A DNA stretch of 64,000 bases from Octopus sinensis (lineage: Eukaryota). The position numbers and the translations under genes are program-made. The number at the start of each line of letters is the position of its first letter. Positions within the stretch are counted from its first letter, which is position 1. The DNA lies in assembly GCF_006345805.1 (NCBI RefSeq), contig NC_043010.1, forward strand, positions 2,852,001 to 2,916,000, read 5' to 3'. This document shows, in pieces, positions 1-14,653 of this stretch. The notes below the pieces were generated by a model. The model made no database searches. It saw nothing but the letters and a program-made list of their open reading frames with translations, and was not told the origin of the DNA.

Positions 1-221
1 TCAACGAATTTGATTCAAATTGTTTTGATCCATACATGTAACTCACATTAAATTGGCTGAGTCCACTCGCTCATATAAATATAAAAGACTTGAAATGGTG
101 GACACCTCTGTGTAAGTTGGAAGTACACTTAGTAGAGATGGTACACTTGATGCTGAAATAAGTCATTGAATTGAGAAGTGAGTGTGGTCAGATCAAAGTA
201 TCATGAGAGACATGAAGTTCA

Positions 222-480
222 CTATGTTTGTGTGTCCCCCCCCCCCAAAATCGCTTGACAATTGATGCTGGTGTGTTTATGTGCTCGGACCGCTAAGTTA
301 CGAGCACATAAGCACACCAGCATCAATTGTCAAGCGATTTTGGGGCAAAAAAGAGACCGATAAAATAAGTACTAGGCTTACAAAGAATAAGTCCTGGGGT
401 TGATTTGCTCAACTAAAGGCAGTGCTCCAGCATGGTTACAGTCAAGTGACTGAAACAAGTAAAAGAGTAAAGAGTAAGAG
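222..480 (+). mobile_element. SINE family B, 3' half, with internal inverted duplication
   Basis: Matches the tail of other family-B copies in the window (tgtcccccc..atcgcttgacaa..aagtactaggcttacaaagaataagtcctggg..ctccagcatgg..tgactgaaacaagtaaaaga). Confidence 0.85.
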
Positions 481-1363
481 TATATATATATATATATGTA
501 TATATAAATATATACTTACAGATAAACAGATATATATATATATATATATACATTTATTCAATGTATATACCCAATATACATTCTGTGGGGCAATGATATA
601 TATATATTACTCACACACACAACGTGTACACTTACATACATGCACATGCACACACACACAATGTGCACATTTACATACATGCACACACACACACACGCAC
701 AAGCACATGCATGCACACACACACACACTACCCAGCCAAATTTAACCCTGTGTTGGTTTTCAACCAACAGGGGTTTTTGGTCAGTGTATTTTGCAGAGTA
801 ATTGCTTTCTCAGCAGCCGCAAAGATATTGTCATAGAACAGAAGCTGTCTTTAGAAATGTAAAGATCTGAGAAGAAATAGATTTGTATGAATTGTAAAAA
901 AGATTCATTATGTTTCGTTCAGCTTTGAATCATATTCAAAATCAGATTTCTAATTCCAGCTCACAAGAATTCTGGCTTTCACAAATCTTAAAAATCGGAC
1001 AAAGATGAAAGACATAAGATTTGCTTGTACTGTTGTTGTTGTTGTTGTTGTTTTTCTTTGCTTTTTATGTACTTTGCTTATTTTTTTTTTTAAATATTTC
1101 GTTTTTTCTTTCTTATTTCTTATTTTTAAAGTTGTGATGAAATATCTGTGACTTTCTCTCTTTCAATGACACACATGTATAATCACTCCAATGCACATGG
1201 ACATATAGACATACATACACCAAAACATACACACATTTACACACACATGCTCACAGCCACACACACACACACACAAATTCCTTATTTATCCCTTTTCTTT
1301 TACATTCTTCAATTTCTTACATTTTGTGATTGTGTGTCTATATATATATATTTATATAATTTA

Positions 1364-1434
<71 letters not shown>

Positions 1435-1907
1435 TGTATGTATATATAAATTCATAGATATAGATATATACCTACATACACATGCATATATTTATCAGTC
1501 CTTATTTACTTCTCATTCACTCTCTCTTTCTTTCTCAAACAAATTATATATAGATGTATGTATGTATGTATGTATGTATGTATGTGTGTGTGTGTGTGTA
1601 TGTGTGTGTATGTATGTATATATATATATATATATGTATGTATATAAATATATATATATATATATATATGTGTATGTATATATATATATATACATATATA
1701 TATGTATGTATGTATTCAACTTCATCTCCTTTCTTGATTTTCATCTCTACTTTTCACTCATTAAGACTTTCCGCCTCTTCTCTCTATTTCTTTAGCAAAC
1801 CCCCTTCTCGTAGGTCACTCTCTATTTATTCCTTTATCTTACTTTCTCTCTCCTTCTCACTCTCTCTTTTTCTTCATTCTCCCATCTTCTTTTCTGTCAT
1901 TCAATTT

Positions 1908-1943
<36 letters not shown>

Positions 1944-2895
1944 CTTTATTCTTTCTCTCTCTGTTATTCTGTCATAATAATTATCTGTTTTTGATCTATC
2001 CATCACCCAGGTTTTGCATGCGTGCACACACACACACACACACACAGAGATTACCATCTCTCACAATTAAACCCAATTATAGATTCACCTGAAATAATTG
2101 AATCCAAAAATTGCCAATTTCTGACAACCTTCAACATGTTCCAATGAAATCTATTGAAATGTTACATTCCTTTGTTGTTGTAGTCTAAGGCTAGTGTCTG
2201 CTGGTCTGCTGAATTGGCAAAGGATTATGTTAGTTTTGGGCTAGTTAATGGAATAATACAGAAGCTTTGTAGTTGGCACAGTAGACTAGCCTAGATATCA
2301 GGCTGCTAGCCAAAGGATTAATGGTTTGTACTCCGTCATTGGCATTATGCTGTATCCATGTCTTAGACACTTCAATGATAAAACTTTCTTAGTTAGGAAT
2401 ATGCATAATATGCGGACTTTTCTAATGAATTGTCTGTGACCCCTTTTGAGCTTCTGATACTTGTGAGTCCAACACAAGGTCCAGTCCTTGTTGCAGAGTG
2501 GTGGCTTGTTTGCATTAAGGACTCTGAGAGCTATGTCAGAGGATCACAAGCCCCTGGTGGAGTCCTATGCTTGACAGGTCAAAAGATAGAGGCCAAACTA
2601 ATACAGACCACCTTTTCCCAGAGGTAAAAATGGGTTTGTGGTGGGCCAATACCCCTACCTGGAAAAGCTACAGAAACTGTAATGACAAAGCTAACAAGAA
2701 CTGGGAGAAGAAAAGACAGCCCAGATTTGAGAACAATGGAGAAGAGTGGTCAATGGCCCTTGTCCAGAGAGTGTGAAGCATTTAAAGAAGAGACATGTGA
2801 AAGAAAAGATGAAGAGAAGGAAATTATTCTCAGTTTGGAAACCTAGCCTGAATGCTTGCAACATCAAAATAATATCAAAGGCACCAGTGGACCAG

Positions 2896-3125
2896 GTTAA
2901 CATCCGGTCTCCATGCTGGCATGGGTTGGATGGTTTAACATAGAGCTGGCTTGCAGGGAGCTATCCAGACTCCAACTGTCTGTTGTGGAATGGTTCTACA
3001 GCCGGATGCCCTTCCTAATGCCAACCATTTAACAGAGTGTGCTGTGTGCCTTTTACATGTCACTGTCATGGGTGTGTTTATGCAGCACCAGCATGGGCAC
3101 TTTTTAAGTGGCACTGGCACCTAAA
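2896..3125 (-). mobile_element. SINE family D, degraded copy
   Basis: Reverse complement of the ggcgttaggaagggcatccagc core and the ccaacccatgccagcatgga..gttaa tail seen at 45495-45840. Confidence 0.75.
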
Positions 3126-4681
3126 AGGACAAACCTGTATGTGTGGAAGACAGTGATTTTACTTGTATTAATCCAAGAGCTGGATGAAATCTACCACCAC
3201 AAAGAATTGGAATGATCCCTCTGAAGGAGCTGTAACATTATTTTCTATCAACTGTATGAAATTTCTATCCAATTTTTCCCAACCACTGAGCAAAACTTTT
3301 GATGTTTCACACAAAAATATTTTAAATTCAGATATAATGTGTGATCAAAAATGCTGAAGATTACCACATAGTATAATGCTTTAAATTTTGTGTAACTTCT
3401 TTAATCTCTATTTCAAGGAGAAAATTAGTTTCTACTTAGCTTTGGAAAGTTTGTAGAACCCTAATATGATTTTCTGAAAACCATGGAACTCATACCTAAA
3501 TTTTACAGACAACTCCTGCCATTTTAATTCTAATAATGCATTGAATAAAATGAAATTACAAAATTTTAAATGAAATGAAACAAAAATTACTATAAAAAGG
3601 GAAGTTATTCATATAAACAAAATTTAATAACGTATGAAAATGATGAATATAAATTTTTTATAGGAATTTTCATTAAATTTTACTAAATCTTCATTAAATT
3701 TTATCATGACACTTTTTTTCCAGAGTCCAAAACAATAAAATACCAGTCAAGTACTGAGATTGATTTAATATATTCCTATAAACCTTCCCAGAAAAAGATG
3801 GGACCATCTGGTGCTTATATATTTAGAAATCAATAAGTCTAAAGTTTTAATATTTTTAAGTACTTCAAAAATTTATGAGACAGTTATTATTTTCAGTTTC
3901 TTCAAGAAATAAAAGTAACCCTTCCCTTGTGAGTATACCCCAAAGCAAAGGAATTCATTTAACAAATAAGGTTCCATATTGAACATTTAATCATCTTGGA
4001 AGATTTTACGGCAATAATTCTCTTTCCTTGTCTAAATAAAAGCTTTTGTAATGAAATCTTTAGAATTCTGAGAAGTTGCTTTTACTTTGGCAAAATTTCT
4101 TTTTCGTGTTTATGTTCTTCTCTAGATTTCTTCAGTTAATAATAATTAATTCCCATGGGTCCTCATTCTTTCTCTACTCTGCTTATTATCTGTTGTCAAC
4201 CTCTGATATTTATTCATCCATTCTGACAATACCATTTCTGTCTTCTCTGTTGCAAATACAACACTTGATTCCTCCAGTCACTTGCTGAATTGACTTCATC
4301 CTTTTATTTCAAAACTAATGTCTAAATTCTTCCAAAAAAAAAAAAAAAAACCTTCTCCTTGCAATCCTCACCCCCTCGCTGCTACACCTTGATGGAGCAG
4401 ACTCATCTGCTTTCAGTGTGATTCACTGGTAACTACTACTACTACTACTACTACTACTGCTACTGCTGCTGCTGCTGTCATCACCACCACCAACCACACC
4501 ATCACCACCATTACCACCATCACCATTACCACCACTATTCTTCTTCTTCTTCTTCTTCTTCTTCTTCTTCTCCTCACATATATAACCCTTATGTCTTCAT
4601 ATACACTTCAAACATCTATTGTCTGTTTTTAACAATAGAAAAATCCATCCTCATAATATTTATCAAATCTAAACTTTTGTC

Positions 4682-4713
4682 TATGTATGTATGTATGTAT
4701 GTATGTATGTATG

Positions 4714-4747
<34 letters not shown>

Positions 4748-4785
4748 TGTATGTATGTATGTATGTATGTATGTATGTATGTATG

Positions 4786-4819
<34 letters not shown>

Positions 4820-4910
4820 TGTATGCATGTATGTATGTATGTATGTATGTATGTATGTATGTATGTATGTATGTATGTATGTATGTATGTATGTATGTAT
4901 GTATGTATGT
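4682..4910. repeat. (TATG)n microsatellite, about 57 units
   Basis: Near-perfect tetranucleotide array; source of the MYVC/HTYI ORFs. Confidence 0.98.
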
Positions 4911-4993
4911 GTGCATGAATGTGTGTGATCTGTGCATTTGTGTATGTGCAAGAAAATATTTTATGTTTTTCAAAAGTCCCATAACCATTTGTA

Positions 4994-4994
4994 T

Positions 4995-5047
<53 letters not shown>

Positions 5048-5072
5048 GATCATCATCATCATCATCATCATC
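4994..5072. repeat. (ATC)n microsatellite
   Basis: Direct reading of sequence. Confidence 0.97.
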
Positions 5073-5341
5073 GTTATTGTAATGTAATATCTGGGGATAG
5101 ATCTTAAATCACGTTCAGTAATGAGTATTCATTTCAGGTGTATGATTTTTGATGTTTCAGTCGTAAGATTAATGGAATTATCTAAGTAGATTAGTATTCT
5201 ACAGACTTGTATTCTTGACATAATCCTCTCACAGACACAGTATAACATGGTTTGTACCTAAGTTGGATGCTTTAAATTTAGTTAAAACACTGCTTGATAA
5301 TTTCAATGTCCTTAAGTTTACGTTTCAATGAATTTTAGTGG

Positions 5342-5397
<56 letters not shown>

Positions 5398-5425
5398 CAT
5401 TATTATTATTATTATCATTATTATT

Positions 5426-5622
5426 AAGGCAGCAAGCTGGCAGAAATTCTTAGCAGTATTTTGTCTGTCTTCACGTTCTGAGTTCAAATTCTACCAAGAC
5501 TGACTCTGCCATTTATCCTTTTAGGGGGTCAATAAAATAAGTACTAGCTGAACACTGGGGTTGATGCAGTTGACTTAACTCTTCCCTCAAGCCTGCTGGC
5601 CTTGTGCCAAAATTTGAAACTA
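5426..5622 (+). mobile_element. tRNA-derived SINE family A (ccttgtgccaaaatttgaaac tail), preceded by (ATT)n 5343-5425
   Basis: A-box-like tggcagaaattcttagc, B-box gagttcaaattc, shared body tttatccttttagggggtcaataaaataagtactag. Confidence 0.85.
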
Positions 5623-5736
5623 ATATATATATATATAATGTTAATAATAAAAATATTTTATAAGCTCTAAGCTTATAGAATATTATTAGTTTCATTTGAA
5701 GAATTATAAAAATCAACACAGCTTACCAAAAACTAT

Positions 5737-5793
<57 letters not shown>

Positions 5794-5808
5794 ATATATT
5801 TATATGTT

Positions 5809-5843
<35 letters not shown>

Positions 5844-6489
5844 GATAGATAGATAGATAGACAGATGTGTATGTATATACATATATATGCATACATATAT
5901 ATGTTTGTGTGTGCATGTGTGTGCGTGTCCACATGTGGAACATGTATGTAGTTTACTGTTCTGTTAAGGTAGGATCAACTAAAACAATTACTCCATCCAG
6001 TGAGAGATGAAATTATCATTTAATGTACACTGTATTGGTATTAGAACTACTTGTAATTTCTTGCCATTGAGATTCGTGGTTGGGCAGATTTTGATAACAT
6101 GCTGTGTGTCTTCTTGCTATAGACCTACCTCCACATAGGTTCTGTCTCTCATTGTTTTATTTTGTGTAAGTGGATGGATATTTCACTCACAGTTTTATCC
6201 TCAACATTAGAAAAATTAGAGTTGTTTGATCAGTTTCCTTGCAGTTATTTGTTTTGGTTGTGTGTTCAGGTCCTGCCATATTCAATACTGCTCATGGTGT
6301 GTTCGTAGCTCAGTCTAAACCTCTATTACAGTAAAGTACTCCACTTCAGGGAGTATAATAGTGATGAGGATAATAGTGGTGAGAAATGATGATGATGGGG
6401 GGAAGGGTGAGATTGGTGTAGTAGTTGTAGTAGTGGAGCTGATGATGATGTTCAGAATGACAACAGTAATGATGATAATAACAACTAGC

Positions 6490-6872
6490 AGTATTGCCTG
6501 GCATTGCTTGGGTTTATTTCGACCATTTAGAATTGGAATTTTTAAAAAGTAAAAATTTTGTATTATGTAGCTTATTATTCTCTTTAAGTGAACATTTTTC
6601 AGGTTGAAATACACCGAAAAATGGCGACACGGCAGTCAAAAGATCGTAGAAAATAGGGATTTTCATAGAAAAAAAGCACCTTTTTGATGTAAATAATTTT
6701 TTGGTGTTAACATGGTCCGATTTGAATTTTTTCTTCTACGGAAGGAAGAGCAAGCCTTCTTCTATCATACTCTCAATTTTGGTCATTTTGCACCACAGGG
6801 TCTCGGAGGAGATAGTTTTAGTTGAAGGCTACCAAACCTGCCATACACAGACAACTTCAGCTTTATATATAG
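6490..6872 (+). mobile_element. CpG-containing non-autonomous element with Helitron/HINE-like 3' end
   Basis: Ends cagacaacttcagctttatatatag, resembling ends of Helitron-derived short elements; richer in CpG than its flanks. Assignment tentative. Confidence 0.35.
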
Positions 6873-7921
6873 AGAGAGATTATGATTGTGATGATGACGA
6901 TAGTGGTGGAGGACAATGACAATGGCAATGATGATGACAGTGACAACAATGATGGTGATGAGGGGGAGAAGGGCAAAGGAAGATCAATGTAATACTCAAG
7001 TAAACTCAGCATCACACCATGTATGAAAAGGTGAGGCTGCTGTCCCCATCATCCCTTTGAACTACTACAAACACAGTCTATATGAAAAGAAGATTCCACA
7101 CAGCAAGTTTGCATCTACTCAATTTTAATCACATGACTTGGTTTGATCTGACGCTAAAATAGAAGCCATTTTGTCCACGGTGCCATATAGTGTGATTGAA
7201 CTAAAGGCCCCGTGATTGATAAGGGAGCTAATTAAACATTTGGCCATTCCAATATATGCAGGAGAGAAAGGACATAAGTAAATATTGTAATAAATTTAGT
7301 CCCAAAGTCTTTTATTTCAGCTTAGTCACTCACTACCCAGAAGCCCCCTGGGAGATTGAATTCATGATTTTTCTTTGCTGTATTTGATATCAAAACAGTA
7401 AGTAATAGATTTAGTCTTTCCTATGTGTAGAAGATAAATCAAAAAGTTATACAAATCAATAATCTTTGTCTATAGATGCAGCATTCTAAGAAGATATGGG
7501 TTATCTCAATAAATTAAGTTGCCGTTGACTATTTAGTGTTGTTTATGATTGCCTTTCAAACGGAATGTCTTTAGTCAACATTCATCTATATGTACGTGTA
7601 TGTCTGCATTTATGTATATCTTTGTATATGTCTATGTATGTGCCTGTAAGTTTGTGTGTGTGAGTCTTTAGAAGGAATGGGTGGGAACAAGAAGACAATG
7701 GCTCCTATCTATCTTTTGTAAAGTAAATTCCATCAAGTATACTCCAGAATGATGTTATAACATCATTCTGTCATCACTTCGTTAAGGATCAAAAGAACAT
7801 CACTGTATTGATATCTATGCATGTATGTTTGTGTAAAATATATATATATACCTACAAAAGTTGTGTATATGTATGTCTGTGTATGTATATGTGTGTATGT
7901 GCATTATATATATATACATAT

Positions 7922-7985
<64 letters not shown>

Positions 7986-8211
7986 ATGTATATATATATA
8001 TTATATATATAACATAACTATATATATACACACACACACATAGCTTCGATAAATGTATATACATAGATATAGATATAAAGATATATTAAAATGGACAAAA
8101 ATGTGTACAAGCGTATGTATGCATTCTCATCTCCTGGACACATAAAGCACACACACACTCACATGCACGCATTCTCTTTCTCCCACTCATGCATACACTG
8201 AAATACATCCA

Positions 8212-8255
<44 letters not shown>

Positions 8256-8779
8256 TATGTTTGTGTGTGTGTATGTGTGTGTGTGCACGTGCATGTGTGT
8301 GTGCGGCGTGTTTTAGTGATTCCCCTTTCAGCAAGATTACAACTTTTTACCATTATTCTTATTGGATACATTTCTGAGAGCAATTTGTTGGTTCTCTCAC
8401 AGTAATGTCCATTTACTCCATAAATGGAACCAAATTTATTTGCATTGTGATATCTAAGTACCTATATTTGTACCTTTCCTGTTTATCATGATGAAATGAT
8501 TTACGAATGTATCGCATTATCTCCCAGCAAACCGACTTTAAGTGAAACCATAACCTCCTCCACATCATCACTCTATTTTAGAGATGAATTATTATTGGGG
8601 AAATAAAGATTCATCCACGTACTGTCAAATCCCCTTCTAATGATATGTATATGTATATATATATATATATGTATATGTATGTATATATATATGTATATGT
8701 ATGTATATATATATATGTATATGTGTATATGTATATATGTGTGTGTATATATATATATTTATATATGTATGTATGTTTT

Positions 8780-8829
<50 letters not shown>

Positions 8830-8970
8830 CACATATATATGTGTGTGTGTATGTATATATATATGTAAGTATGTGTGTGTATGCACATATATATACATAT
8901 ATATGTGTGTGTGTATGTATATATGTATATGTGTGTGTATAATATATATGTATGCATGTATATGTGTGTA

Positions 8971-9041
<71 letters not shown>

Positions 9042-11232
9042 ATATATATGTATATATAATATATGTATATATATTTGTTTTTAGTTAGAACTGAACTCAT
9101 GACCAAAGCTCTTATCCTTATCCTCCATATGGTGGTTCTTTGTGCAAAACAGGAACATCTTGGTTTTAGAACTTAATGCAAGGTCGATTTAAACTTATTG
9201 TTGTAAAGTTAGCTGTTTTAAATTGTACCATTGATCTATATGAGTAAGCACTCTACTTACATTGTAGTTACTTGCTTGTCATAAAGATCTTATCGTATCC
9301 CTTTGTGGCTTATGATTTCCATACACTTTTTGGGATTTCAGTTCAATATAGCATTTAGTAAGGAATATTAAATTTGCCTTAAAATCTATAATATCTTTGT
9401 GGTATGTAATAGATACAGGAACAAACTTTCAATGCTGTGAAGTACAATAGAGATGTGTTAGTTGTGGATCTTAAGCTTAGAGAAAGCTAAAATATGGCAT
9501 TTGAATGTAATCAGAATATATATATATATTGTGAAGAAAGCATTACGTGACTAACGTAAGTCACAACACATATAAATTAGAATTGGGTCCCTAGAACTGA
9601 ACAGGCCCCAGGCAAATCAATGCATTGGATCTTATAGTATTCACTGCCAGCAAACTACAGCATACACAAATTAGAATTGGCCCCCTCGATCTTAAGGTGC
9701 TTCAGCAAATCAATCAACTAGGCCTTATAGCATTTGTTTATTGACAGTCAGCCACAGAATACACAGATCACAATTGGGCCCCTGGACCTGTGAGGCTTCT
9801 GAGCGACTGCCTAGGGTGCCCATGCATTAAAACTGCCCCTGCCTTACAAATGTGTGACTCTGTGTCAATCTAAAAATACATAATTACTATAATCAGTACG
9901 ATAGTAATTCCCAATTTTATCATTGCCAAGAAGATCAATGAAGTGAGAGAAATAAAAAGGACATCTGAGTAAATAACTTACTGTATTATATTTTGTTTCT
10001 ATATTCTAAATCCAAATTCTACCTGGATGAATTCTGGGCAAACTGTTTGTATGTCAGAAAAAATGCCTTGTGGTGTTTGCTCTTTGATTTCTTACAGCAA
10101 CACCTTTGTAGTTGGATAGCTTGGGTGTATGCTGCCTAGGGCTATCCTTGAGTTTGCTGAACCCCCTACTGCCTCTTATTCAGGCTAATATATCAGACAC
10201 AAGTGCTGTCCCCATGAAATCATTGCCAAAAGCAGACCTCTACCTAACTGGTTTGTTTACATGTTGTTTTTTTTATGTACTACCAGACTAAAAATGTAAG
10301 TACTGTTGTTGGTGTTGTTGGTGTTGTTGGTGGTGGGGTGGGTTACAAAACCCTTCAAGGTGGTGTCCCAGCATGGCCACAGTCCAATGATTGAAATAAC
10401 CAGTAAAAGATAACTCATTTGGTTATATCACTGTACTCAACTAACAACCTTACTTGCTCCAAGAAATATATTCACAAGCTTCACAAAGTCCTGGTAATAT
10501 TAGAAGCTATTTACTGAACTTTCTTGAAACATAGAATCAGTTTCCTGAAATCTTTGTTAAAGTGTTCCATTTGCAAAATTTTTACGTATACAGGAAATCA
10601 TTAAAGTCATTTCCAGTATAGAGAAATCCTCTTAGGAAATGTTGCTGTCATCTATCCAACAGCAGGTGACCTTTTCTCATGAACAATTTATGTAAATGGT
10701 TTTCTTAATCACAACCTCTCTCTTTCTCATTTCCTTCTTTGTTCCTTTATGTCTTTTTCCTTTTTCTGTTTTGTTTAAAAAAGATAAGCCTGTTACTGAT
10801 CTGAGGTGTTTTTTCTTCTTTTGAATTTCTCTTGAGCCCTAGGATTCTTAAGGTCAGTTCCTTGGTTTCCATGTTTCATATAAGTGATCAAAATTACAAC
10901 ATTTCCCCTGTATGGCATGCTGCAGCAATTTTGAGAGAAGAGGCCAAGTCAATTACACTACCCCCAGTATATGACTGTACTTACTTTATCAATCCCAGAG
11001 GAAATACTGACCTCTGCAGGATTTGAACTCAGAATGTAAAGAACCAGAAGAAATGCTGCTAAGCATTTTGTATTACATGTTAATAATTGTGTCAGGTCAC
11101 ACCTTGATCACACCTTGATCACAAATTTACTGATAATTAAAAAAAGCAAAAAAGAAGTTAAACAGTCCAAGATTCAAATTTATGTCAAAGTGTACAAAGT
11201 AACTAATAAATTCTGTTTATCATAGTTTACCT

Positions 11233-11620
11233 TTTATTTGTTTCAGTCATTAGATTGTGGCCATGCTGGAGCACTGCTTTGAAAAATTTTAGTTGAATGA
11301 ATTGATCCCAGTTTTTAATTCCTTTTAAGCTTGGTACTTATTCAGTCAGTCATTTTTACTGAACCACTAAGTTACAGGGATCTAAACACACCCACACCAG
11401 TTGTCAAGTGGTGATGGGAGACAAAGACAAACACAAAAACACATATATATATATGTTATATACAATGCGCTTCTTTGGTTTCTGTCTACCAAATTCACTC
11501 ACACAGCTTTGGGTAGTCTGAGGTTATGGCAGAAGGCACTTGCCCAAGGTGCCATGCAGTAGGACTGAACCCGGAACCATGTGGTTAGGAAACAAACTTC
11601 TTATCACACAGCTATGCCTG
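11233..11620 (-). mobile_element. SINE family B, full length
   Basis: tRNA-like head (gctgtgtgataagaagtttg..gggttcagtcctactgc), central microsatellite, conserved tail. Confidence 0.85.
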
Positions 11621-11716
11621 CAGCCATTATATTCAATTAGAAATTTCAGAGATGGTAACATTTGCAAAAGTTTTGGTTAGGCCAGGCCTGCTTGATCTGT
11701 GCTGCTCAGGGGTTAA

Positions 11717-11760
<44 letters not shown>

Positions 11761-12554
11761 AGTGGTGGTGGAAGTTATGACAACGATGAAAGAACAACAA
11801 CATTCCCTCAGTTCACACTCTACTATCTTAAACAAAGGAAGGGGCCACTGGATAATATATTATAGTTGCAGATATACAAAAAGACATGATAATTATTGAT
11901 GGAATTCTTTTGATCATATGTCTGCACAATCAGGACTGGCTAGGGATTAAACAGCTACAATAACAACAAGAACAGCACATTTCCACAGGACCCACACCCA
12001 CTCCAAACCTGTACACATGACAAGTAAAGTGACCATTTCTACAGAAAAGTCACCCATCTTTTTCCTTTGTACACTATAAACAGTCTACTATCTTACGCTA
12101 CCACATGCCCCAACCAATCACCCTAAATATCATCATCAGAGAAAAATGAACCAATATAAAATGAATATTAAACCATAAAACAAATGCTAACCTCTTTCCC
12201 TACTACCTGATATCTGATCCTTATCCAAATTATCCATTCCCTCTTGTTGCCTAAATGAACATTAAAAGAATATAAACAGATATATGTGCATCTGCATACG
12301 CACACACACACACACACACACACACATACATCCATATATGTATGTGGTATGTATAATTTATGCAGCAGATATAATATGTATATATACACATACATACATA
12401 CATATATATATATATATAGTTTGATTTGAAAACCCCACTAGAATGGGAGAAAGTGCTAATGATCTAAGTGATATGATATATATATATAAAAAATGTAATA
12501 TACAAATAAATATCTGTAAATATAAACCATCCGATCTTCTGAGTACCCCATTTC

Positions 12555-12607
<53 letters not shown>

Positions 12608-13187
12608 GTATGTATGCATATAGGTATGTATGAAGAATACTGAGAAAAGGTTGAAAATGTGTTAAATTTGTATTTACATATATATTCTTAGTTTAATCAA
12701 AACAAGTTTAAGTTTTTAGGATAAGGGTGATGGGTATATAGTTTTACTCTATATAATTTGTATGTATCCAAAGAAAAATACAAAAATATAAGAATACATT
12801 TTCGCGTAATAAATGCTTTTGTATTATATTTTAATTGAAAATATATTGGTGTATGTATTCATTAGGTAAGTTCGCCATATATAACAAAAGTGAAAGGGAG
12901 CAAAGACAAAAAAAAAAGGATTACATGTTTCATCAAGTCTTTTGTTTAGAAAGGGGTTTTAGTGAATACATTTTGGTGTGTGTTTTGGCTAAAAGAGATT
13001 TTGTAGTAGAAGAAAAACTCATATTTAACTATACATATATGTGTGTGTGTTGTAGCCAGTCAGAGAGTAACCATTGGTTTTGCACCTATAAAGTGCTTAG
13101 TTGTGTAGGAAACTTGTCTGACTCAAGTGGCCAGGGGCACATGACCCCTCTGTGCCTCTCTAGAGGCATTTGAACATGATAAGTTGC

Positions 13188-13425
13188 CTATACCTATTTC
13201 TTTACTACCCACAAGGGGCTAAACACAGAGGAGACAAACGAGGACAGACACACGGATTAAGCCGATTACATCGACCCCAGTGCATAACTGGTACTTATTT
13301 AGTCGACCCTGAAAGGATGAAAGGCAAAGTCGACCTCGGTGGAATTTGAACTCAGAACATAGCGGCAGACGAAATACCGCTAAGCATTTTGCCCGGTGTG
13401 CTAACAATTCTGCCAGCTTGCCGCA
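13188..13425 (-). mobile_element. SINE family A (ccccttgtgggtagtaaagaaata tail), full length, little diverged
   Basis: Reverse complement nearly identical to 23661-23888 and 59466-59703. Confidence 0.9.
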
Positions 13426-14030
13426 TTTACCGTTGCCTTTACTGTTAAGCACTTTAAAGGTGTGAAATCAAAGGACACTTTCTAACCAGTCATAACAAAC
13501 AATCTTCTAAATATAATACTGCTCTAATGTTTTAAAGTATGCTTCTTTTTCAGATATATGAACTACTGACAATATCTGCTTGTCTGTCTATATATATATA
13601 TGTGATGATGGCTGAACAGGTTCAAACTTTGAAATCCCTCTCAATACTATTCTTGTAAATTTGTACTCTCATAAATATAATGAGTATTCCTTCAATTAAT
13701 GCAAAATTGTTTTTATGTTAACATAAAAACAAACATTAATGTATGTAATAAGAACAGAAATGGTTCAAAGGTTCTCTAAAGTTGCTTCATTATATATATA
13801 TATATATATATAAATATTATTTTTATTGCTGAAATAGGCGAAACTGCAGTCTAAGAAGAACCGAGTTAGTAAAAGTTTTTATTTTCATTTCACTAAATTT
13901 ATCAAGCTTCTGTGTTTCTAGTACATACTTCGCCGTTTAGTGTACTTATATATGAATAATATATGGCCTGTGCTAGAAACACCAGCGATAATAATTAATA
14001 TTATTTCATCGCATTCTGACTTTGTTTATA

Positions 14031-14068
<38 letters not shown>

Positions 14069-14125
14069 TATATATAATATTTATAATATATATATATATT
14101 ATATATATATATATATTATATATAT

Positions 14126-14599
14126 AGGGAGAGTTTATGAAAAAACAAAAGACGAAGATAGGTGGTGTACAAAACAAACAGATGTATTAGTATAACGCTC
14201 AGGAATAGAAAAAGTCTTTTACGTTTCAAGCCTACACTCTTCTACAGAAAGGGACACAGAAAAAACAAGGAGAGAAACAAGGAGAGAAAAAAAGAACGAA
14301 AACAAAAAAATATATATAGAGAGGCAACTTTAGCCAAACGACTGGAATATGTAAAAGAAATATATATATATATATATATATATAATTGTCAAATAATCAA
14401 GGAGAAAAACAGGCACTCATAAATTGGTTAATAAAATGAGTATATTACAATAAAATACATTATATTTTTTTAGATTAATCAGCCGAAATTGCAAGGATGA
14501 TCCAGTTCTTGACTGAAGATTGAAGGCTTCGAATGTCCTGTCCGTGTTTTTTGTATCGTTTCCTAAATGTTTTGAATTCTTGTCCCAGTTTGTATTTTT

Positions 14600-14600
<1 letters not shown>
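14126..14600. mobile_element. CpG-retaining repeat, probably Penelope-like LTR derived, containing a hammerhead-like motif
   Basis: The minus strand of 14216-14251 has a ..GAAACGUA.. core and flanking stems typical of minimal hammerheads. Element boundaries uncertain. Confidence 0.4.

Positions 14601-14653
<53 letters not shown>

Noticed and set aside
14500-14550. CTGAAGA...TTCGAATGTC, a possible further hammerhead
   Set aside because: GAAU instead of GAAA, no workable stem II loop and no stem I pairing.
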